Positions 1 through 7,307 of a DNA stretch of 61,451 bases are shown one piece after another (the first letter of the stretch is position 1; each line of letters opens with the position of its first letter). Source of the stretch: Acutalibacteraceae bacterium (GTDB lineage: Bacteria > Actinomycetota > Coriobacteriia > Coriobacteriales > UMGS124); the NCBI GenBank assembly GCA_963619535.1, contig CAVEWV010000007.1, forward strand, positions 1-61,451, given 5' to 3'. Under the pieces are notes generated by a model that was not told where the DNA came from, ran no database searches, and saw only the letters and a program-made list of their open reading frames with translations. The translations under genes and the position numbers were made by a program.

Positions 1-236
1 CCACGGAGCCTTACGCGCGGTGCGCATCTTTGATGTACTCCAGTACGCTGCGCCTCCCGACGCCTTGCCGGCGAGAACCCGCGTTTTAGCGGGCGGAACC
101 TCGTCCGCGGCGTTGCGCAGGGCCTCACGCGCGGTGCGCACCTTTGGTGTACTCCAGTACACTACGGCCCTGCGCGCCTTGCGGACGAGGACCCGCGTTT
201 TAGTGGGCGGAACCTCGCCCGCTGCGTTGTTGGGGG
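1..236 (+). repeat. Partial array (about 2 units, cut by the window edge) of the long-hairpin intergenic repeat family
   Basis: One complete unit reads GCGGAAC-CTCGTCCGC-ggcgtt-GCGCAGGGCC-...GTACTccAGTAC...-GGCCCTGCGC-gcctt-GCGGACGAG-gacCCGCgTTTT. Both stem pairs are exact reverse complements. The conserved flanks match those at 6785, 8788, 11971 and 34683. Confidence 0.8.
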
Positions 237-391
237 CTTTGGGTTTCTGAAAGTGGCTCAGGTATCTGGCGGGTCTTTGTTTCCTGAAGGATTCATGCGC
301 AGTTCAGACGCCACGGGTACAAATATGCTCGTCAAGCAAACGGCCCCGCGGCGATGGATCGAGGGGCCTTCCAAACGGAAGGGATCACACC

Positions 392-1999
392 ATGAGTGCC
401 TTCGACACGAACGAGTCACCTATCGAGTACGCCCCCGCGAGCGCCCGCAAGCGTGCGGGCATGGGCCTTACCGGCAAGATCGCGGCCGGCGCCCTCATCC
501 TGTCGCTGGGCTTCGGCGGCGGCGCCTACCTCACCAACACCATGTCCAACCAGGCCCTGGCCGACGACACGGCCGCCACGGTAGAGGCCACGACCGACCC
601 GACCGCCGACACCACCCTCGCCGAGACGGTCGCCGCAAAGGTCATGCCCTCCGTGGGCCAGGTCTACGCCCTCGTGAACAGCTCGGGCACGCTCGGCGTG
701 TCCACGGGCTCCTGCGTTGTCGTGGACACCGACGGCTACATCGTCACGAACTATCACATCATCGAGGGCTGCGACGAGGTCGCGGGCCAGGAGACGCCTG
801 TCGTCCAGGTCACGCTCGACGACAAGACCTATGACGCCACCGTCGTGGGCACCGACCCCACGAGCGACATCGCGCTGCTCAAGATCGACGCCGGCGACGA
901 CACGCTGACGCCCATCGCCTTCGGCGACTCCGACGAGCTGCAGGCCGGCTCCTGGGTCATGAACGTCGGCCACCCCAAGGGCCAGGAGACCTCCGTATCG
1001 GTGGGCGTCGTCTCGGGCACCGATCGCGCCACGTCCATCTCCCTCGATGAGACGAAGGCCTACTACACCGGTGTCATCCAGTCCGACGCCATGATCAACT
1101 CCGGCTCCTCGGGCGGCGCCATGGTGAACTCCAAGGGCGAGTTCGTGGGCATGACCACCTACAACGCCACCTCCACCGGCGAGTGGGCCGGCATGGGCTA
1201 CGCCATCCCCTCCAACTACATCAAGAGCGCCGTCGAGCAGCTGCGCACCAACGGCGCGGTGGCCCACCCCCAGCTCGGCATCAGCGTGGCCGACATGAGC
1301 ACCTACTACGGCGCCTACTACAGCTATTACGGCTCCTATGACCAGGCGAACTCCACGCTGCAGGGCGCCTACGTCATGGGCGTCGTCGACGGCACGGGCG
1401 CCTCTGAGGCCGGCGTGCAGGAGGGCGACATCGTCACCGCGGTCGACGGCGTCTCGGTCAGCTCTGCCGACGACCTCATCGTCCAGGTGCGCAAGCACTC
1501 CATCGGCGACACCGTCACCCTCACCATCGAGCGCGACGGCCAGGAGCAGGAGCTGCAGGTCACGCTCGGCAGCGACGTGACGAGCGACGACTCCTCCGAC
1601 TCCACTGAGACGGACAGCTCCGACGACTCCGCCGAGGACGGCAAGAGCGTGAAGAGCGTCTTCGACTACCTGTTCGGCGGCGCGAGCTCCGACGACTCCT
1701 CCGACTCGTCTGATTCCGACTCGTCCGACTCCTCGTCTCAGGGCGGCCGTTCCAGCCAGTCGGACTCCTCTGACTATGGCGATTACTACGGGTACTTCGG
1801 CTACGGCAACGGCTACGGTGATGCCTACGGCTATGGCAATGGCTACGGCTACGGCAACGGTTACGGCGACGCCTACGGTTACGGCAATGGCTATGGGTAC
1901 GGTTACGGCGGCTACGGTAACGGCTATGGCTACGGGGCGTACTACGGCATGTCCAGCACTACGAGCCTTGGCCAGCAGGCGAGCGGAACTACCGCTTAA
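392..1999 (+). CDS. HtrA/DegP-family trypsin-like serine protease with PDZ domain and a long low-complexity C-terminal tail
   Basis: RBS ggaaggg lies before the ATG. There is an N-terminal TM segment (AAGALILSLGFGGGAYL). Catalytic triad contexts are VTNYHII (His), TSDIALLKI (Asp) and NSGSSGGAMVN (Ser). The PDZ-like segment is GAYVMGVVDGTGASEAGVQEGDIVTAVDG. The tail has S/D-rich runs followed by GYGNGYG repeats. Confidence 0.9.
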   Translation: MSAFDTNESPIEYAPASARKRAGMGLTGKIAAGALILSLGFGGGAYLTNTMSNQALADDTAATVEATTDPTADTTLAETVAAKVMPSVGQVYALVNSSGTLGVSTGSCVVVDTDGYIVTNYHIIEGCDEVAGQETPVVQVTLDDKTYDATVVGTDPTSDIALLKIDAGDDTLTPIAFGDSDELQAGSWVMNVGHPKGQETSVSVGVVSGTDRATSISLDETKAYYTGVIQSDAMINSGSSGGAMVNSKGEFVGMTTYNATSTGEWAGMGYAIPSNYIKSAVEQLRTNGAVAHPQLGISVADMSTYYGAYYSYYGSYDQANSTLQGAYVMGVVDGTGASEAGVQEGDIVTAVDGVSVSSADDLIVQVRKHSIGDTVTLTIERDGQEQELQVTLGSDVTSDDSSDSTETDSSDDSAEDGKSVKSVFDYLFGGASSDDSSDSSDSDSSDSSSQGGRSSQSDSSDYGDYYGYFGYGNGYGDAYGYGNGYGYGNGYGDAYGYGNGYGYGYGGYGNGYGYGAYYGMSSTTSLGQQASGTTA

Positions 2000-2031
2000 C
2001 CTGGCGTTTCCTTATACCGCATGAGCGCATG

Positions 2032-2066
2032 GGGCCCGTGGGACGCAAGTCCTGCGGGCCCTTTTT
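2032..2066 (+). terminator. Intrinsic terminator after the protease gene
   Basis: GGGCCCG-tgggacgcaagtcctg-CGGGCCC followed by TTTTT, with an inner GGAC/GTCC pairing. Confidence 0.7.
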
Positions 2067-2098
2067 GTGTCCGGCAGGTTTCTCGTCTTTTCAAGTGC

Positions 2099-2142
2099 GA
2101 AACGCCTTTGTTAACGGCAGTTTGCCGAAACTTTTGGGAAAC
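2099..2142 (+). promoter_or_regulatory. Phased GAAAC/TTAAC boxes upstream of amt-glnK (candidate GlnR-type nitrogen regulator site)
   Basis: GAAAC(2099)-n7-TTAAC(2111)-n11-GAAAC(2127)-n6-GAAAC(2138), about 80 bp upstream of the amt ATG. It resembles the actinobacterial GlnR half-site arrangement gTnAC-n6-GaAAC. Confidence 0.3.
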
Positions 2143-2221
2143 AGCCCCTTCCTAAAGTTACCGCCGTTAGGTTAGGTATGGGCGGCTTCGGGTCGCCGCA
2201 GCTTGAAAGGAGGCATCTGCC

Positions 2222-3478
2222 ATGATTGACACCGGCGATACCGCGTTCATTCTGGTAAGTGCGTTCTTGGTCTTCATCATGACCTTGGGAATAGGCTTTT
2301 TCTATGGCGGCATGGTGCGTCGCAAGAACGTGGGCAACACCATGTTCATGTGTCTGGCCGTGGCCGGTGTGGCAAGCGTCATCTGGGTGGCCGTGGGATA
2401 CTCGCTGGCCTTCGGCAGCGGCTTTGCCGCCGAGGACGGCACCGCCAACCCCATCGTCGGCGGCTTTGACAGGTTGTTCCTGTCGGGCATCACGCTCGAT
2501 ACCGCCTGGGGCACCATTCCCGAGTACGTCTGGGCCCTCTTCCAGGGCATGTTCGGCCTCATCACCATCGCCATCATCGCCGGCGGCATCGTCGAGCGCA
2601 TGCGCTTCTCCCGCTTTCTCATCTTCGTGGTGGCGTGGATGCTGCTCGTGTACTGCCCGCTGGCGCACATGATGTGGGGCGGCGGCTTCCTGGGCGAGAC
2701 CCTGGGCGCCTACGACTTCGCCGGCGGCGACGTCGTCCACATCTCCTCGGGCGTCACCGCGCTCACCCTTGCCATCGTCATCGGCGCCCGCCACGGCAAC
2801 GGCAAGCTCACCTATCAGCCCCACAACATCCCCTTCGTGATGCTGGGCACGCTCTTCCTGTGGCTCGGTTGGTTCGGCTTCAACGCCGGTAGCGCCGGCG
2901 CCGCCAACGGCCAGGCCGGCCTTGCGCTTGCCACCACCAACACCGCCGCTGCCATGGGCATGCTCGCCTGGATGGCAGTCGAGCGCATCAAGACCGGCAA
3001 GGTGACCCTGCTGGGCGGCTGCTCCGGCGCCGTTGCGGGCCTGGTCGCCATCACCCCCGGCGCCGGCTATGTCGACATCTGGGCCTCCATCGTGATCGCC
3101 ATCATCGTCGCCGTCGTGTGCTACTTCGCGGTCTCCCGCCTCAAGAAGCGCCTCGGCTATGACGACGCCCTCGACGCCTTCGGCGTGCACGGCGTGGGCG
3201 GCATGTGCGGCACCATCCTCACGGGCATCTTCGCCAACCCCGAGCTGGGCGGCTTCGCCGGACTTCTCTACGGCGACCCCATGCAGGTCGTCCGTCAGCT
3301 CCTCTCCGTCATCTTCGTCGTGGTCTTCGCTTCCGTCATGACCTTCATCATCGCCAAGGTCATGGAGGCACTGGGCGGCAGCCTGCGCGTCTCCGAGCGC
3401 GACGAGGCCCGCGGCCTGGACGTCGCCGAGCACGGCGAGCCCGCGTACCCTGCCTTCTCCGGCATGGACCTCAACTAA
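2222..3478 (+). CDS. amt: Ammonium transporter (Amt family)
   Basis: RBS aaaggagg. Polytopic membrane protein with Amt signatures DFAGGDVVHISSG and VHGVGGMCG. It is followed immediately by a P-II gene. Confidence 0.95.
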   Translation: MIDTGDTAFILVSAFLVFIMTLGIGFFYGGMVRRKNVGNTMFMCLAVAGVASVIWVAVGYSLAFGSGFAAEDGTANPIVGGFDRLFLSGITLDTAWGTIPEYVWALFQGMFGLITIAIIAGGIVERMRFSRFLIFVVAWMLLVYCPLAHMMWGGGFLGETLGAYDFAGGDVVHISSGVTALTLAIVIGARHGNGKLTYQPHNIPFVMLGTLFLWLGWFGFNAGSAGAANGQAGLALATTNTAAAMGMLAWMAVERIKTGKVTLLGGCSGAVAGLVAITPGAGYVDIWASIVIAIIVAVVCYFAVSRLKKRLGYDDALDAFGVHGVGGMCGTILTGIFANPELGGFAGLLYGDPMQVVRQLLSVIFVVVFASVMTFIIAKVMEALGGSLRVSERDEARGLDVAEHGEPAYPAFSGMDLN

Positions 3479-3508
3479 GTCATCTCACGACGCGAAAGGA
3501 AGTGTCAC

Positions 3509-3874
3509 ATGAAGAAGATTGAGGCGATTGTCCGTCCCGAAGTCATCGAGGACATCAAGTCCGCGCTCTTTGCCGCCGACGTCGAGGGAATGACCATCTC
3601 GCAGGTGCAGGGCGCCGGCAACCAGCATGGCTGGACCGAGTACTACCGCGGCACCGAGGTGCTTGTGCAGATGCGCGCCAAGGTGAAGATTGAGATCGTC
3701 CTGCCCGACGAGAAGATCGATCCTGTGGTGGACATCATCCTGAAGTCGGCCCGTACGGGTGAGACCGGCGAGGTGGGCGACGGCAAGATCTTCATCTACC
3801 CCCTGGAAGAGGCCATCCGCATTCACACGGGCGAGCGCGGCGTCGACGCCATCCTCACCAGCAAGAAGGAGTAG
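3509..3874 (+). CDS. glnK: P-II nitrogen regulatory protein
   Basis: MKKIEAIVRPEV N-terminus, T-loop TEYYRGTEV and length of 121 aa. It is linked to amt, as is typical for GlnK. Confidence 0.95.
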   Translation: MKKIEAIVRPEVIEDIKSALFAADVEGMTISQVQGAGNQHGWTEYYRGTEVLVQMRAKVKIEIVLPDEKIDPVVDIILKSARTGETGEVGDGKIFIYPLEEAIRIHTGERGVDAILTSKKE

Positions 3875-3924
3875 CTCGGAGTTCTGTACGTCTTGTGATG
3901 AGCGGGAAGCTGCCTGATTTTTAC

Positions 3925-3953
3925 TTGCCTCTGGCAACGCAGTCTGGCATACT
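3925..3953 (+). promoter_or_regulatory. Candidate sigma-70-type promoter for the tRNA-His/tRNA-Lys pair
   Basis: TTGCCT, a 17-nt spacer, then CATACT. The -10 hexamer ends about 18 nt before the tRNA-His 5' end. Confidence 0.4.
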
Positions 3954-3971
3954 TTCCTAGCTGCAACACGT

Positions 3972-4048
3972 GGTGGGAGTAGCTCAGTTGGCAGAGCGTC
4001 GGATTGTGGCTCCGAAGGTCGAGGGTTCGAGCCCCTTTTCTCACCCCA
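3972..4048 (+). tRNA. tRNA-His (anticodon GTG)
   Basis: Hand-folded cloverleaf: extra G-1 paired to discriminator C (His hallmark), D stem GCTC/GAGC, anticodon stem TCGGA/TCCGA with loop TTGTGGC, T loop TTCGAGC, and encoded CCA. Confidence 0.9.
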
Positions 4049-4052
4049 TTTT

Positions 4053-4129
4053 GCGCCGTTAGCTCAGCTGGCCAGAGCAGGGGACTCTTAATCCCAAGGT
4101 CCAGGGTTCGAATCCCTGACGGCGCACCA
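4053..4129 (+). tRNA. tRNA-Lys (anticodon CTT)
   Basis: Acceptor GCGCCGT/ACGGCGC, D stem GCTC/GAGC, anticodon loop CTCTTAA, T arm CAGGG-TTCGAAT-CCCTG, and encoded CCA. Confidence 0.9.
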
Positions 4130-4141
4130 TTTGCTTATGAG

Positions 4142-4177
4142 ATACCCGGGATGGCGAAAGCCTCCCGGGTATTTTTG
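4142..4177 (+). terminator. Intrinsic terminator after the tRNA pair
   Basis: ATACCCGGGA-tggcgaaagcc-TCCCGGGTAT followed by TTTTGTTTT. Confidence 0.75.
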
Positions 4178-4219
4178 TTTTGCGCGGCCGACGGGGGATG
4201 GCGCCTGCGCATGTCTGTT

Positions 4220-4293
4220 GCTTCGCTGGCAAGGGTCGGATGGGGCCTTGGCCGTGTAGGGGCTTCGCTGGCAAGGGCCCGATGGGGCCTTGG
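4220..4293. repeat. Two tandem copies (period about 42 bp) of GCTTCGCTGGCAAGGGnCnGATGGGGCCTTGG
   Basis: A direct repeat is visible at 4220-4251 and 4262-4293, inside the non-coding tract after tRNA-Lys. Confidence 0.8.
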
Positions 4294-4527
4294 TTGCGCA
4301 GGGATTTCGCCGCCTGTGCGTCATGCCGTCTTGCTTGACAGGCACCCTTTGTTCGATGGGATTTCGGGTCGTGTATGGGCGTCGCTTGTCTCGGTTGGTC
4401 GCGTACGGCCGTGTACGGGCTCCTAGGACGCTTTGGGTGTGTGCGAGCGTCCCTTGCCGGCATATGCGCCTCGCATGCCGCCATGATTGCCCAAGGGGTT
4501 CTACCGGGCGGCTCGGCCGCTTCGGGG

Positions 4528-4645
4528 TATGCCCTGCGGGTTTTGAAGGACAGGCGCGGGAGCGTGCCCCTGCGGGTCTTGAAGGGCAGACGTGGGAGCG
4601 TGCCCTGCGGGTCTTGAAAGACTGACGTGGGGGCGTGCCCCTGCC
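4528..4645. repeat. About three tandem copies (period about 37-38 bp) of GTGCCC(C)TGCGGGTCTTGAAGGnCAGnCGnGGGAGC
   Basis: Consecutive near-identical units can be read directly at 4528-4645. Confidence 0.8.
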
Positions 4646-5098
4646 AGTGTGGGCCCGCGTGAGCGCATGATGGCGGGCGACGACGAGCACGCTCGTGACG
4701 TCATGGGGCCCGCATGAGCGCGCGGGCGATGGCGTGCCAGCGATTGTCAGGCAGCCTCGGACGCGCGGCCCTCGTCTCGGGATGGCGAACGCCTCGTCAT
4801 GTTCCGGGGGATGTCGGGCACCTCGCCGACACCTACGGCCCGCCCGGGCATCATCTTCTTCGATAGGAACGCCTTTGCGGCAAGGCTCACCCGGGGCTTT
4901 CCGCGCCTTACCCACCCAGGGTAATTGCTGTCATTTTCCCAGGTAAAAGCCAATAATCTAAAATTACCCGCCCTGGGCAATGGCCCTTGGGGACTCTCGG
5001 GCACATTATCTGCCGCAGCGACGCGCCAAGTGCACTGGCGCCTCGCACAGATCCGCGTGTGTTCCCACATAAGCTGAATGCATCGAGAGGAATCAACA

Positions 5099-6781
5099 AT
5101 GAGCATGACCCGTCGTTCCTTCGTCGCCGGCGCCTCCATGGCCGCCGCCGCCACGACCGCCCTGGCCGGCGCCTCCGCCGCCCTGGCCCAGGACACCGTC
5201 ACCGAGTCCGGCAACCCCGCCTGGCTGGGCGAGGCCCCCGAGATCGCCGAGGCCGACATCACCGAGACCGTCGAGACCGAGGTCCTCGTCTGCGGCTTCA
5301 ACACCGGTGGCGTGCCCTGCGCCCTGTCCTGCGCCCAGAACGGCTCCAAGACCTACGTCATCGAGCGTGACTCCGAGGAGACCTGCCAGAAGATGCGCGA
5401 GGACATCGGCGCCCTCAACTCCAAGCTGCAGCAGGCTTCCTTCGCCGAGTTCCCCGAGTTCGAGATCTCCGAGAAGGACGCCGTCGAGGACATCGTCCGC
5501 TACGCCAACGGCTTCTGCAACTATGACCTGATCAAGCTGTGGGCCCAGAAGTCCGGCGAGTGCATCGACTGGATCACCGAGACCATCGAGGCCACCGGCA
5601 AGTACGTCATGGAGTTCGAGGGCAGCGTCGGCAACCAGGACGGCGAGGGCCGCGACCGCGCCTACGCCACCGGCCACAGCCCCCAGCCCACCGACGCCGC
5701 CGGTGAGGACGACTCCTACACCAAGGTCATGCGTCAGGCTGCCATCGACGCCGGCGCCGAGGTCCGTTGGAGCTGCCCGCTGCGCAAGCTCGAGCAGGAC
5801 GAGACCGGCCGCGTGACCGGCGCCATCGCCGAGGACACCACCGACGGCCACTTCGTGCGCATCAACGCCTCCAAGGGCGTCGTGCTGGCCACCGGCGGCT
5901 ACTCCACCAACACGGAGATGATGACCGCCCTGCAGCCCGAGATCGTCGACGGCCGCATCCTGTGCACCTCCGGCTCCACCGACGACGGCTCCGGCATCAA
6001 GGCCGGCATGTGGCTCGGCGCCCGCAAGGACCCGATCGGCACCTCCATCCTGTTCAACCGCTGCTGCGTCACCCCTGAGGAGACCGCTGGCAACGGCGTC
6101 GTGGGCCGTTGGTTCTGGTTCGGCGAGCAGCCCTTCCTGAAGGTCAACCTTAACGGCGAGCGCTTCTGCAACGAGTCGGGCCCCTACGACTACATGCTGC
6201 ACAGCACCTGGAGCCAGCCCTACCACACCTACTGCGACATCTGGGACTCCGACGCCAAGGCCAAGGCCGAGCAGCTCAACGAGGTCGGCTGCTGCCGTCT
6301 GTTCCCCTTCGACAACGGCGCCCAGAACAACATCCCCTTCGATGTGGTCTGGAACAACATGAACGCCAAGCTCATCGAGGACGGCTACATCCAGCAGGCC
6401 GACACCATCGAGGAGCTCGCCGAGAAGCTCAACATCCCGGCTGAGAACCTGGTTGCCACCGTCGAGAAGTACAACGGCTTCTGCGACGCCGGCGAGGACA
6501 CCGATTACTACAAGGAGTCCTACCGCCTCACCAAGCTGGACACTCCGCCCTACTACGGCGTGCGCACCGGCTCCTGGCACCTCGCCACGTTCGACGGCCT
6601 GCTCATCAACACCAAGATGCAGGTTCTCGACCAGGACAACAACCCCATCGAGGGCCTCTACGCCATCGGTGACTGCTCGGGCGGCTTCTTCTGCGTGAGC
6701 TACCCCAACCTGTTCACCGGCCTGGCCTGCGGACGTACCTCCACCGAGGGCTACCTCGTCGGCCAGAACTTCGCCCAGTAA
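5099..6781 (+). CDS. Tat-exported FAD-dependent oxidoreductase (fumarate reductase / flavocytochrome-c flavoprotein family)
   Basis: RBS gagagg precedes the ATG at 5099 (the ORF track starts 21 nt earlier). The twin-arginine signal is MSMTRRSFVAGASMAAAATTALAGASAALA. An N-terminal dinucleotide-fold-like segment reads VLVCGFNTGGVPCAL, and the C-terminal GLYAIGDCSGGFF is typical of this flavoprotein family. Confidence 0.85.
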   Translation: MSMTRRSFVAGASMAAAATTALAGASAALAQDTVTESGNPAWLGEAPEIAEADITETVETEVLVCGFNTGGVPCALSCAQNGSKTYVIERDSEETCQKMREDIGALNSKLQQASFAEFPEFEISEKDAVEDIVRYANGFCNYDLIKLWAQKSGECIDWITETIEATGKYVMEFEGSVGNQDGEGRDRAYATGHSPQPTDAAGEDDSYTKVMRQAAIDAGAEVRWSCPLRKLEQDETGRVTGAIAEDTTDGHFVRINASKGVVLATGGYSTNTEMMTALQPEIVDGRILCTSGSTDDGSGIKAGMWLGARKDPIGTSILFNRCCVTPEETAGNGVVGRWFWFGEQPFLKVNLNGERFCNESGPYDYMLHSTWSQPYHTYCDIWDSDAKAKAEQLNEVGCCRLFPFDNGAQNNIPFDVVWNNMNAKLIEDGYIQQADTIEELAEKLNIPAENLVATVEKYNGFCDAGEDTDYYKESYRLTKLDTPPYYGVRTGSWHLATFDGLLINTKMQVLDQDNNPIEGLYAIGDCSGGFFCVSYPNLFTGLACGRTSTEGYLVGQNFAQ

Positions 6782-6784
6782 AGG

Positions 6785-7180
6785 TTGCGGAACCTCGTCC
6801 GCTGCGTTCTCGTGAGGCTCGCGTACATTTAGTACGCGTCGCCTCCCGACGCCTTGCGGACGAGAACCCGCTTTTGTAAGGGCGGAACCTGATGCGCCGC
6901 GTTCCGCGAAGCCTTACGCGCGGTGCGCACCTTTGGTGCACATCTAGTACGCTACGGCTCCGCGCGCCTTGCGCGCCAGAACCCGCTTTTGTGAGGGCGG
7001 AACCTCGCCGGCTGCGTTCCACGGGGCTCGTCGCAAAGACCGCTCCGTGTCGTGAGGCTCGCGTACGTCCAGTACGCTGCGCCTCCCGACGCCTTGCCGG
7101 CGAGAACCCGCTTTTGTAAGGGCGGAACCTCGCCGGCTGCGTTCTACGGGCGCTTGCAGGCTAGAAACCGCTCTTTAGGG
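6785..7180 (+). repeat. Array (about 3.5 units) of the long-hairpin intergenic repeat family
   Basis: It starts 6 nt after the reductase stop. The units carry GCGGAAC...CCGCTTTT flanks with complementary variable stems, e.g. CTCGTCCGC/GCGGACGAG and CTCGCCGGC/GCCGGCGAG. Confidence 0.85.
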
Positions 7181-7233
7181 GGTGGGGCCTTGGCGAGGGC
7201 TGAGGATTTGCGACATACTTTTAACGCATGGGG

Positions 7234-7268
7234 CACCCCGTCGGCACAAATGGCCGGCGGGGTGTTTT
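7234..7268 (+). terminator. Intrinsic terminator downstream of the repeat array
   Basis: CACCCCGtCGGC-acaaatg-GCCGGCGGGGTG followed by TTTT. Confidence 0.6.
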
Positions 7269-7307
7269 AGTATGGGAAAAGTTTGGTAGACGGGCAGGGG
7301 AGGGTCA

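Noticed and set aside
4088-4915. 275-aa minus-strand ORF (and other ORFs at 4004-4946) in the region downstream of tRNA-Lys
   Set aside because: It overlaps both tRNA genes and both tandem repeats. Its translation is extremely R/P/G/A-rich with no motifs, and overlapping ORFs are present in many frames.
6785-7180. Integron attC-like sites (imperfect palindromes with conserved ends)
   Set aside because: The ends GCGGAAC...AACCCGC do not form the RYYYAAC/GTTRRRY inverse-core/core pair. There are no cassettes between units and no intI gene nearby (the xerD at 11015 has ordinary Xer features and pyrG synteny).
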